Shown here piece by piece: positions 22,101 through 35,900 of a stretch of DNA of 64,000 nt (its first letter is position 1; every line of letters starts with the position of its first letter). The stretch is from Lytechinus pictus (taxonomy: Eukaryota): positions 11,348,001 through 11,412,000 of the forward strand of contig NC_087245.1 in assembly GCF_037042905.1 (NCBI RefSeq). The letters run 5' to 3'. The position numbers and the translations under genes are program-made. Below the pieces are notes generated by a model that saw only the letters and a list, made by a program, of their open reading frames with translations, searched no databases and was not told the origin of the DNA.

Positions 22101-23955
22101 CAGCAGCAGCAGAAAACACAATACATGATAAAGACTCTGGTCAACGTAGCATCACTGAGGTTTCTTACTACATCCTGAACGAAACTGCTCAAGCAATGTT
22201 CAACTCTTGCAAGAACGTTAACTTTCCCAGTAGTAACACAAAGGTTCTCTCGTTGTACTGTGGCTCTTATGGAGCAGCTCACTGCACTGCACAACGCTGG
22301 TTGGACTTTATGGGGGACAAGAACAACCAACAGACACCCTTTCAGATTGATTTCAATCTGGGTGGTGCCCCTTCGCCTATGGAACCTATGGACACTAGGG
22401 TTTATGCATGCAATGAGTCAACCAACAACAACACGCAACCATGCAGCTGTCAGGACTGCCCCAGTAGTTGCCCACCCTTACCGCCACTTCCCCCTCCCCC
22501 TCCTCAATTCCTCATCTTTGGTGTTGATGGTTACATAGTTGTCTTTTCTGTTGCATATGCAGTCTTCATTGCACTGTTTATTCTCTTCAATGTCATCTGT
22601 ATGTGCTGCAAGAAGGGAGGTGAGAACCTGAGCGATTGCTGCGATGAAAATTCAACAGCAATTAACTCTGTGAACGATGGCCAATTGCGGGAGATTTCTG
22701 AGGATGAGGTTGGTTGCAAGGCCTCCTGTGGAATGGCATTCCAGAAACTCTTAGAACTGTGCTTCAGGAAATTGGGTACCAATGTAGCTAAGCATCCACA
22801 TCTTGTTCTTGTCCTTGGTGTCATGGTTGTAACAACAATGACTGCAGGGATTGTCAGATTGAAGGTGAGTGTTTTTAGACCAATCTCATATTCATTTATC
22901 ATTCTGCAAATTTCATACATGTACATCTGTGATGGTCAGTTTTAAGGCCAAGTCTGCCTCCACTGCAAGTTGATTAAATTAAAATAGAAATTAAACAAAC
23001 ATTTACATTTCATAAAGGTTTGCCTTTTTACAAAATATTTCAGATTATAAGAGATTCAGTGATATTAAAGACTTTCTTATTTTTATATATGAAATATGAA
23101 CGATTGAATGTTATTATTAACAAAATTTGTTAATGTGTTTGTTTGGTTTAATACTAATATTGGATTTGTCATTAGTATTTGACACAATCGATCCTGGTAT
23201 CATGGTCTTATATCATTTATTACTAACATGTGTTATGGGCAAATCATTATAGGTGCATTATAATGGCTCGTCTCAAAGGACCTCTACATGTACATGTTTA
23301 TATGTATGTGTGAATTGTAAATTTGTTGGGGAAGACGCGGCCTTTAATATTGATTTGCAACGTCTGGGGCATTGTATTCATGTGTATCTTGAAGTCAATG
23401 TTATTTTTTCAATATAGGTTGAAGTATGTGAAGGTTGGAGTTTATGTACAGTTCCAATTGCATTCAATGTCGAGCTCATAAATGGTATTAAATTGATAAT
23501 TATTGATGATTGGCAGATCTCTTCTTATTTAACTACTCACAGGTAATGTGTAGTTGGTGTTTGATTATGGTTTCTTAAACATTATCTTTATGTATATAAG
23601 GTTACAACTGATCCAGTAGAGCTGTGGTCACCACCAACCAGTGAGTCTCGCCTTGAGAAAAAGTACTTTGATGAGAACTTTGGTCCCTTTTACCGTACAG
23701 AGCAGATCATATTGACTGCACCTGAACGCAAGCCGTACAATGTCTCCCGTAATTATCCGAACCCTTCTACAACCACCTACTCGGGCATTCTAGACATTGA
23801 TCTTCTACATCAGGTATGGGAATGTCAAATACAGATACATGTATATTGCTCTTTACCAGAATCACCTTACTGTATTTTCCAGGTGATGGAGGGGTGATGA
23901 CGATGGTGATGATGATGATGATGACAATGATGATGAAGATGATGATGATGATGAT

Positions 23956-23990
<35 letters not shown>

Positions 23991-26900
23991 TGATGATGAT
24001 GTTGAAGATGATGATGATGATGATTTTGTGTTGATTCATATTAAAGTGTAGAAGATATTGTTTAACAAAACAAGTGCATGCGTAGTTACCAAGAGCATGT
24101 ATAGCAGTTCCATAAAAGAGCACTGTTGATCAAATGCCTTGCTCATGGGCATACATGTACATGTAAGAGCCATGGCCGGGATCGAACACTGGACTTTCAC
24201 GTGTCTAGTCAAGTTCCTTAGACCATGCAAGATATCAGGGGCAAGACATAAGAGACTTTGTTTGACACACATACATGTACTTTACAGCAGTGTTTCCACT
24301 TTGAAGGAAATATCCTGAATTCCAGGAAATTCTGGGAAATCTGAAAATGACAAATAAACACGATTAAAGTTGCAACTTGTAATATTCATGTTGTATTTAA
24401 AGAATCGTTTACCTTGATACATAGCTCAAGATTTTCAGCTCACTCCGCAGTCGCATTTCTTAGTTTTGTTCCTATTTTTGAAAGAAATAATTAATTCCTT
24501 GATTTTGGTCACTTGGACCAAATTTAGGCTCACTGTACATGTATTATTCTCTGATGTTTGTTAAAAATCAAACTTGAAAATTCCAGGAAAGTGAATTTTG
24601 GGAAATTTGGGATTCAGTTTCAGGAAATTTGTTTTGGATCTATGGAAACACTGCTGTACAGTAAGACACACAGCACACTTTGAATTCTCATTGACAACTG
24701 TGTGATTGAACTCGTTTGGACATTTTAACAAGTTTTGATGTTATGCATTCATATCGTCAACCCACAAAATAAGACAAATAATGCTCCAGTTAAGGATTGA
24801 GATCTTATTGGAAATCTTATACTTGTACATGTAATTACAAATTAAATCTAATGCAAATGTGGCACTCTATTGAGTACCCTTGAGTGTGCTTGTCACCAGC
24901 ACACTGTCAGTTTGCTACATACTACACATATGGACAAAAAACCTAGTGGTTTTTGACATAGGGTACTCCTATTTTCAAGCAAAAATTTGACTTTCAAGCA
25001 TGACTTTACATGTTGAGTATGACCTATGTATTTCTATAGATTATGTATTTGGAAATGTTAAAATACCAATTTTATTGTTATTGTTATTCTTTATTTATCC
25101 TCTTTATAATACCTAGGCTCTTGATCTTCAGACTGATGTGGTGAATCTTAAGGTGCCTTTTGGTAATGATAGCTTTGTAACACTGAAAGACATCTGCTAT
25201 GCACCTCTTGCTCCAGAGAACACACACTGTACTATTGAAAGTGTGCTCAACTACTTCCAGAATAGTCATGAAAATTTAGATAAAGTTAAGATGGACCCTT
25301 CACAGTTTTTCATAGCTGCCGATTACCATGAGCATATCATGTCATGTGTTGGGTAAGTTTCGAATAGTTTCAAAGTTTCTTTGATTTCTATTTGGATATT
25401 GACATATTCCTCCATAATGTGATATAAGCTTTTTAATGTTATGAGAATTTTCATCTCATTGAGTATTTATGGTACAATGTACATTTACCTTAAGTTTCTT
25501 TTTATTTTTTTTCTGTTGAGTACAGACTGCCATTGGCATATTCTAATTCACTATCCTTTTTTTTAATGTACTGTACGTGTGAACATCTTCATACAATGAG
25601 TTGGGAGTACAATCTCAAATTATGCTATGCCACGAATGTCAAATACCATTTATTTCTTTTTATGAAAAAAACATTATGAAAAAAAAATCCTGCTGAATAT
25701 TAATCATACCTGTACATTTACAAACAATTATCCTGGATTTTAATTATTTTTTTTATTTTGTATGTTTAATCCTGACCATGATATTATGCTGCTGTGTTCC
25801 TTTTATAGTGCCCCTGCATCTCTTAATGATACCACTGCATTACATATGCCTTGTTTGGGTACCTATGGTGGTCCAGTATTTCCCTGGACAGCTCTTGGTG
25901 GATATGAAGGTAAGTAGCGCTTGAGATACTTCAAACTTTGGAAATTTACTGAATGTGTATATTGTTGTTACAATTCAATACAATTCGTCAAAAATATTGT
26001 TGACTAAAGACTCCTCACATATTTCTAACTTTAAAAAAGGTTACATTTGTCAAAACAAAAATAATTTATATTGTAGTAATAATTATTTTTGATGCAGTGA
26101 TATACATTTTGTATGAAATAACATGTAAGTTGTAAGTTATGTTTTTTATTGTGATTTAGATTCATTCCATTGAGTAGTGATAATAATAATAATGATGCAA
26201 CTCCTTTATGATTATTTGTTTGTGTTTGTCAATTTGTTTGTTTCCTCTGAATTGATAATTAATTCAAATGTTAATTGACAAGGACAATGACTTTTTCATT
26301 TTCCTATGTCATCCATATGAGGATTTTAAAAAACTCAAATAATTACAATGTCTGAAAATATGTGATGAATTAACAAATAAATGTATCTTGGAATCGATTA
26401 TGTACAGTGATTAAAAATTATTTTCACTATTTACAAATATAATTATAGGTACAGCCATGAACAGATTATCAAGAGAAGATTAGAAAAAGTAAATTATGAT
26501 ACAATTAGTACATCTGTGACAGTAAATCATTAATGCAGATATAATAAAATATTAGTTATTGGTTCCTTTTTAGGCATTGCCCTTGAGTGCTTGTTGGAGC
26601 AGCATGTTTATTGATTATTTATTTCTGTGTACAGGTGATGAGTATAATCTCGCTGATGTATTGGTGATAACCTTCCCTGTGGTCAACTACATCACTGGTG
26701 ATCCAAGGCTTGAAAAGGCTATGGCCTGGGAGAAGGCATACATTGAATTGCTTAAGAATTACAGCAACTCAAACTTTACCGTTGCTTTCCAAGCAGAGGT
26801 GGGATACTATGAGATGAACTTTGTTTTGTTGCTTGAGCATATTTAGTTTTATAAGAAATGGTGTGAAATGGGTCAAATATACCATGGGGGATGTGCAGCA

Positions 26901-29900
26901 AAAAAAATAAATGTAATCAAAGCAAATTATTCAAAGGAAATTACATTATGAAGCACCCAAGGAGAAATAGAAACAGAAAACAAATTCAGTAACCTACCAA
27001 CCATATTGGTGGCTTTTAATGGCAATTAACAAAATACTTGGGTTTAATGGATTTGTACATTTGTGTAACTTGTTTACTCGCTACCCACAATGGACTCATA
27101 AGCATTGCTAGTAAGTTACAGGAATTGAAAGGATTACACTGGCACAGGATGCTTCATAACTGTCCATCCCTATTATTTTGTCCTGCCTTTTACTTCCATG
27201 CTATTTAGATGTAGCATAGTGATTTTTTTCTTGGTGATTTGTTTGAATTTCTATCAGAGATCTGTTGAAGATGAGATCAATAGAGAAAGTCAGTCTGACA
27301 TCCTTACCATTGCACTCAGCTATATCTTCATGTTTGCCTATGTGACCTTTGCCCTTGGACAGATCAACAGCTGCAGAAGATTGATGGTTCGTATTTACAT
27401 TCATATCCATCTCCTTTTTTTTTAAGTTTATGCCCAGAAGAAGTCTTTTATTTTACCCTACCCTTTAATAGGAATAATCCTTTGAAAAATCACAAAGATG
27501 TACACTCAAAGAGAAAATACTTAACTAATATAAGCGGACTATTTGCTTTTTGTCCTTTTATGGCATATTATTTGTTCAATATAGAATGTTATGATAACAC
27601 TGATATCACCCAACCACTGTAGATATGAAACTTCTGAATAGATATGGAGGACTTTACTCCAAACTGATAATCATATTTATATTTCTCTCTATCTGTCTAA
27701 ATGACCTCTTCACTCCTTCACCTTTCTCTCTTTCTTCCACTTCTTTAAACAAATATGTTTAAACATAACATGGAAAGGGAATGAAGCAATATTTCCTGAA
27801 AACAAGCAATTTGATATCTTGTTTGTTTTAATTTCATATTGCATGTGATCAGTAGTTCCATGCAGTTTTTCACTTGTGCTGTGAAATGAATTCATGGTGA
27901 ATAGCTAAAGAAAAGTTTGCCGAAAGACTTTTTTATTTTTGCTAAATCTCTCCCACATATTTCCGTTGTGATAGTATCTGTCCATCCCTATTATTTTGTC
28001 CTGCCTTTTACTTCCATATAATTTGTATGAAGCGTTTTATCTATCCAGCCATTGACACATTTTTATATTGTAATTTTGAAATGGTCTCATTCTGTAATAT
28101 CAATAGTTTTTGTTTGTTTTGTTTTTCATGTATTCCCTATTGTACTTTGTGTTCAACACAATAGCCATTTAGAGGGGCTAATAGCAACTTTTGAAAGCTA
28201 TTCTTAAAACATCATTGCTGAATTGCCCTCTATCACATACATTTATTTCTATGGTAGGGCTCATTCAATGTACATGTAGATATGACATTGCTCTCCTTCT
28301 TTACATGTATATCAGTCAAGGAGAGATAAAGATTTCAAGAATGTAAACATTATGCTTCATTATCACACAAGGTCAATGCTTCAAGTATCATTAGTGTGTG
28401 TGATTAAGAGTGATAATATGCACAATATTCAATGCTGTACCAATTTCCTCCTGGCAGCTAAATCTCTACAGTCGTTTAGTGGTAGCAATACATAATGATG
28501 AATCTTGTCATGTCATTTAACCTTCAATGGGCTTTGGTCAATGTTAATGGCTAATTATTCATCCTTCCATTGGTGCATTAATGTCATTCATTGACAGTTG
28601 TTTCAAAGTCCATTGCTCAGGTACCGGTACATGCCATGTACTTCTATACACAGTGTAATTTAATTGTACTATCTTCAAACAGTTTTCTTTTACAAGACAT
28701 ACATGTAGGACACTAGTATCAAAATCAAAGATTATTAGATTAACAATGATTGAAGGATATTTGTATCAAAAGAAAGGATACTTGAAATTATAATGGTTTT
28801 TCTTCCACAGGAAGTTAAAGTGTAATGTTACCAGCCATATAAACTACCAATATTTTTCATAATCTGGACTGCCCTGTATTGTAAAATAACCATAAACCCT
28901 CAAACTTAAAATTTCCAGTGTAATTCATTTTGAGATAATTAGTTCCATACTCTCTTGAATATTTAATAAAGAATTGTATATATATTTATCCCAGTCATTA
29001 TTTATTTTTATTCAGTGTCACTTTCATATCCATTCTAGATTGTTTAACCCTTGTATGTGCTGATGTTGCAATCTTGCACATTCGTACATATTCCACAATC
29101 GTAATAATTAGTTTTCTCCCCTACCTTCAAATTAGAGAAATTAATAAAAGGCAATAGTTTTTTGATAACATCTATATAATAATTCTTAATATTAATGCTA
29201 CAATATGGAAATCTTGAATTAAGGAAAATAACATGGAAACAATTGTCATTATTATCCCCCCAAAAGTAATTCAGCATTCACAGAGTTAATCAAAGTTGAA
29301 TCAGATGACAGTCTGTCATGTACAAAATGATGCCATAAATAGAGCTAATCAAACCAGATTGATTTTGTTGGAATTCTGAACGACAGTTAAACATGTTGTT
29401 CTGAATCTGTAGCTCGCTATAATAGCCAATGGGACGCTCATGTGACGCTCATGTGACACTCTAACAGTAGATATTGGTTTATCATGATTTATTAAAGCTG
29501 AGAACTGTAGAAACATCCTGGAAATGTAATATCAGAAGTCTCACATGTGTTTCAAACAGTCTGAATAAATACGGTGGTGCTAAAAAGTTAGTGACCCCAT
29601 TAGAAAATGCTGCACTCCTTCATGCCAACTGTTGAATGTATATAACAACACTACAATGTTCGGCAAGGCCAGAGAAACAATATTTGGTGAATGTTATATT
29701 TTATCACCGGATTTCACAATTAAATATCTAAAAGATGGCAGAACTTCAACACTTGTTCATTATTCATTATCTGGTGGGGTTCACTAGGTTTTTAGCACCA
29801 TTGGATTTGTTAAATATTTTTTCCCCTCTCATACAGTAGATAGCCTTAATTGGAATTAATGATTTAGTAGTATACCACACAGTGGTTGTGACAGAGATGA

Positions 29901-32900
29901 TACTACTATCACAGCACAGAAAAAAAAGCTAATGGCGCAGTCACATTTCCCCGCTACGGCGCATCAAAAGCAGCTATTTCAACATTTTTTGTACCAGCTG
30001 CATATAGGTGGTTTAAATTAAAATGTATAAAATGGCTGTTTTTGACTGGCCATACAGCCGCCGTAGGGGAAATGTGACTGCAGCATAAATGACATATCAG
30101 TCAGTCTGGAGTGTGTTGCATTGGTGTGAGTGTAGAATTAAACTTTTATGAGTAATGAATGGGTTTTGCATTTAGCCTTGGCTCGCATAACCCAAAATAT
30201 AATGGTCTTATACTTCAGCACATTTCCGATATACATTTCAAGTTTTACAAGTCGTGAATAGTGCTTTTGAATGTGATAGTACTTACTCTAATTTCTTGCA
30301 CTTGAAATCTTTGCAATATTCAATACATGTATGATACATGTACAGTGTAGCATGTAGGTTTTTTTTTTTTTTTGAAGGAGTTTTTCTTGCAACTTTACTG
30401 TGTAATTCCTCTCGCATGTATGTCATATACACTTCTTGACCAAAATTCAGAAATTCCATTAGAATTTTAGTCAATTTACAAACACTGGCCTATTTTAATT
30501 GGTGTATTACATATAGAACACCAAATTATGTATTCCCTGAGTCATAATATGCAGTATTGTAAATTTTTGTTGTACTTTGGACCAAAGTGCACTGTTTATC
30601 ATACAAACACTAGATACTTGAGCTATGTGTATGACTTCATGATCACATGTGATAAAATAACCTTTTACAAAAAGGAAGCGACTGGAATGGGTGTGGGGTG
30701 GGAAGTTTTTTTACTTACGTAAGGAAGAATTTATGCTGAAATTTTCCCACATAAGCTTTGCATGTATATACCTTCCTATAGGAAAAAGATATAGCAAAAT
30801 CTCTTTATGTATTTTAGACTACTTGTATGTATGATAAAGAAAATGAAATAAACATAGTGCATTACATAAATGTATGTTACATGTTTGAATTTCATCCATT
30901 GTATACAAGTATAGCGTGTTTTTTATGTTGTTCAGTATTATATATTTGTATTAATTTTTGTACAAACACATGTAGATTCAATATAAAAAATCATGTACAG
31001 TATAGCATAAAACATCTCATAGGGAGAACATTACATGTACATGTATGCTAGGTCTGTGCTTGGTACCATGTCTGTTTGGGGTGCAAGGATATATTGGGGA
31101 GAAATTCAGAATTTCTTGTCAATTTGTCTGTTATCCTCAAGTCTGACACTGGGGACTTGTTTTTATGTAGAGCTAACAGCCTTACAAACTCTCTTTTCAA
31201 CATTTTTGCACACATCACAAACTAAAAACCCAAACTCCAGTTTATCTTTAGAACTTACATGTACTTGTTTATATGATAAATGCCTCTTCAGAATTAGCTG
31301 ACTGGTCTAGAATAGTCAATGTACATAAATTAGTACATGTATATCTAGCACTTGAGCTTTGAAGCTCTTGTTAGAATGCTTCCTTTGGAGTGAGGACCAA
31401 CACTGAGGTCCAAGTAATGATTAGGGGTGTTGTAGCTCAGTGGATAATTCTCCGGACTTTAAACTACAAGGTCCGGGGTCCAAATCCCACCACAGCACTT
31501 GTGTCCTTTTGCAAGGCATTGATCTACGTTTGCCATTCTCCACCCAGGTGTACATGTAAATAATGGGTACCCGGTAGGAAGGAATTCCTTGAATGCTTGA
31601 GCGTCTGATCAGGATAGCCGTGCTAAAGCCGGGGAGATAGTATGCAGCGCTTAGAGACAAATGTCATTTGTATTAAGCACTATATAAATGTTGCATATTA
31701 TTATTATTATCATATTATTAATCAGTTATTTCGTTCACCCTTATTGAGTGAATACAGTTCCTCCCAGCCAGTCTGCTTTATAAATGTCATTTTATTCCCA
31801 ACATGGTTCTTTCAATTTTATTTTTGTCAATATACTATTGTGTATGTATTTTCTATATATTTCATGTTTTCATTGTAAGAAATGTACAGATTGGTTTTGA
31901 TAGTTCTGGGTTTTTTTCTCTCTCATTCTTATAAGATTGATTCTAAGATCATCCTAGGTCTATCTGGAGTGATAATTGTACTCATGTCTGTAGCATCATC
32001 TATTGGTGTCCTAAGCTGGGCTGGTGTTCCTGCAACCCTCATTGTCATTGAGGTAGTACCATTCCTCGTCCTAGCCGTTGGTGTGGATAACATCTTTATT
32101 CTTGTACAGAGGTACCAGGTATGTTGTCCAAGTGTGTTTTGTTTTATAAAAAAAGTCAGTCTACACCTTTCTTTTATATTGGCTATATAAAGGTAAAATG
32201 AGATGAATATTTTGTAATAGTTGTGATTCAATATTCCATGCAATGTTACAATTTAATAGTTCAAAAAGAAACAACCCTTAATTTTTATTCTCAGAATTCA
32301 TTTGTATAGTTTTAAGCAAAATACATGTTTACAAAAGCAAATATGGAACATTCTAGTTGTATTAACATGGACACACTATAAATGGAATTTACCAATGTAC
32401 ATGATAAATACAGAATATCTCTCATGAAATAGGCCTACACATCATGTTTTAATCTTATTGTAAAACTTGTTTTGCCCCTCTTTAACAGAGAGATCAGCGG
32501 TTCCCTCATGAGAATCGTGCTGAGCACATCGGTCGTGTCTTGGGTGAGGTTGCTCCGAGTATGCTTCTCACTAGTTCATCAGAGTCTATAGCATTTGGTC
32601 TTGGTGAGTATTAATAATAATAATATAGAGTATTTCTAAAGCGCCAAATCCACATTGATTATGTGCTCAAGGCGCTGAAAATATACTCGGTATATTATTA
32701 CCCGGCTGTATAGGCGCTAAAGCATTCAAGGAATAAATCCTACCATGTACCCATTCACCTCACCTGGGTCGAGTGCAGCACAATGTGGATAAATTTCTTG
32801 CCAAAGGAAAGTACACCATGGCTGGGATTCGAACCCACGACCCTCTGTATCAAAGTCCGAAGACTAATCCACTGGGTCACAACGCTCCATATTATATCTG

Positions 32901-35900
32901 TGCATTGGAATGTTTCTCTGCCTGTGTCCATCATATCAGTGTGGCATACATATTTCGCTTGAGATAGTTGTTCATCCATCCTATGTTGTGAGTGTGATAT
33001 TTTGAGACATGATTGACAGATTTTCATGTCACTTTATGTCTATTCTAACATGGCTGACTAGTCATCTCATTTGATTATAAATCATAAGGTTTAATGTTAA
33101 AAGTCATAGCTTGCTGAAAATCTTTAAAATAATATTTTTTCCCTTTCACACATTATTTTCAAGCGAAAAGCTTATCAATTTAATGGTGTTCCTGATTTTA
33201 AACTCACACATATGTGGCAGACTACAATGATAACCCATGAATACAAATATGAATTTAAAAAAATAATACGAAGCTGTAGCCATTTATGAGTTCTTTCGTT
33301 CTGTGCTAATATATAATGATTCCCTGAATGTGTACCTGAATTCAATATAAATTGATTTTCTACAATTATATTTATACAGGTGCCATGTCTAGTATGCCAG
33401 CAGTGAGAGCATTCTCTATGTATGCTGCTGTAGCTGTGGCTATGGACTTTCTTCTCCAAATCACTTGCTTTGTTGCTATGATGACTCTGGATTCATCACG
33501 TCAAGAGGTATGTCAATCTTACAGGACCATTATCTTGTACTTATGTATAGAGTTGTTGAAATATGGATTAAATTAATGGCCTATGGGAAGTTTAATTTTA
33601 CATATAGATCTTTGATTTTTTTTTTGCATTTTTCTTCTCAAACTTAAAAAAAAAGGAGTTTGATAGAATGATTAGTAAAATAATGTTCTTGAAAATCAGT
33701 GGTCCTCTTGCGTCGATTAGGATTTTGGTCAAATATCTACACTTCTTAGACTGTAGGCCTGCTAATTGCTTAAAAATCTGCTTCATTTACATTTTTAAAT
33801 TTCAGGCCAATCGCTATGAGATCTTTTGTTGTTCTACTGACAAGGATGCAGGCAAGCAACCAAAGGAACCTGGTATCTTATACAGAGCAGTCAAGAACTA
33901 TTATGCTCCATTCCTCTTCACGAGAGTTGTTAGAATCTTAGTGGTGAGTTCATCTATTCTCCAACTTTCATTACCGTGTCTCAGCCAATAGAAGTTGATT
34001 TACCCTCATAACATAAAACCTTGTAACATAAAGCGTAGTGATTGATCGTAAGGCTGATTTTTTTATGGAACATAAACAATAATCAATGCAATCAATCATA
34101 GAAATTAGACCAATATTATTGTTATTGTTATTATTGATATCCTTTTGCTGTTGTCATTGTTCTGTTGTACAAAATTTTAAAAGCCTCTTTTACTTGCTCT
34201 CAGGATCAGTAACAATAATGATTTTGAATGAAACAGAGTAAGAAAACAGTTCCTATACAGGGAGATTCTTGTGGCTTTTTTAATACCGTAGATTTACTTG
34301 TTTACATATGCCACCCAACTTGAGGAAACAGAAGTGATACAGAAAAGTGAGGATTCTAGAAAAGTGGATCCTGTTTCTGTATCTTAAAATTCCCCTGCAG
34401 GAAATCCTTCATAGTATGTTCCTTGTTTTGTTTTCATGTAGCATATTGTTGTTTTGTGTATTCTCTCTTTTCAGTAGATCTCACTTCAAGAAGTTATCAT
34501 GTGATTCACTTTAGAAACCTCAACAATGACACTTTAATTAATTCACAGTTACTGTATATATTACTTTCAGGTGCTTATCTTTGTTTTTGTCCTGTTTGCT
34601 GCATGTGCGTTGATACCATCATTACCAGTTGGTCTCGATCAAAAGCTTTCTATGCCAGAGGTGAGATACATTTCTGAAGAATATGGGCATTTTTGGATGG
34701 TAATAGTAATATAAAGTGCAGTAATTATCTATGCATGTTCTCCTGCATTGCAAGAGCCATTGGTACAATCCATGACATCATCATACTATATTAGGGGGGT
34801 AAAACAATAGATCACCCCCCCCCCAACAATAAATGGGTTTTGAATTTTTAGTTTTAAGTTGTCTATTATTGAGGATTGTCAAATGTTCAGAGGAAGTTTC
34901 AAATTGAATGTAAGTGATTGTGCCGTGGTGGCAGGAAAGAGGAAGTAGTTCATGCTCATGAATTTTTTCAACAGCTTATTGGCTACGCTAGCAGTTTATA
35001 TAACAATATAAAAAAGTGTTGGGATTATGTAGATTACATTAGATAACATTTTAACAGAATTGACAGATTTTCAATTTGCAGTCATAAACTTTTTTTTTTT
35101 TCAATTTAATTTGTATTTATTTCATTCTCGATAAAAACAATTATAAAGCAGGGTATGAGAAACAATATATTTACAAGCAAGAGTAAAAATGAAAATGAAA
35201 TGGTGAACTGCATAAATAAAGCCAAGTGGCCTTGTGTAAGCACAGTTCTCAAAACATTAATAACATGACATGGTATAGAGAAACAATAAGATAAAGAATT
35301 AAACATGATATATAAACAAGAAAAAAAACCAGAAAAAACAAGTAACACTGGGATTTTAGATGGAAATTTACATCCCCACCCCCTCCCTCCCCCCAAAAAA
35401 ACCTATAGCATGATATGCTGATGCTTAGAAAAAATCATATTGGTAGATATGTCTTGGTTTCAGAGCGTACTTTTGAATATTTTCCTACAAGCTTGGCTCG
35501 CACAAAAAGTGTTATATGTATTTGTCTAGTCAAAAGCAATTTGTGGTACAGGTAAAAAAAAAGGAAAGAAATAGCAGAAACACTGATGATGTATGAAGGG
35601 AGAGATAAGAGCACAAAGAAAAATGAAGAGTGAATCAAAACATTCATATTTTACAAGGATATACATGTCTGATTTGTTCCCCTCTGTCATGCAGGACTCT
35701 TACATGGTTAATTACTTTGAATCAGAAGGATCTCTTTTAAATGTTGGTCCACCAGTCTACTTTGTGGTGAAGGATGGTTATAACTACACATCAATAGAAG
35801 GACAGAACAAGATATGTGGAGGATCAGGATGCAATGATAACTCTCTCACATCACAAATTTATTTTGCCGCTGAACTTTCAGAATAGTAAGTTGTTGTTAA

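Noticed and set aside
21708..22926. Antisense and alternate-frame ORFs over NPC1 exon 2
   Set aside because: Shadow ORFs of a real coding exon.
23767..24123. Poly-Met and poly-Ile ORFs
   Set aside because: Products of the (GAT)n microsatellite.
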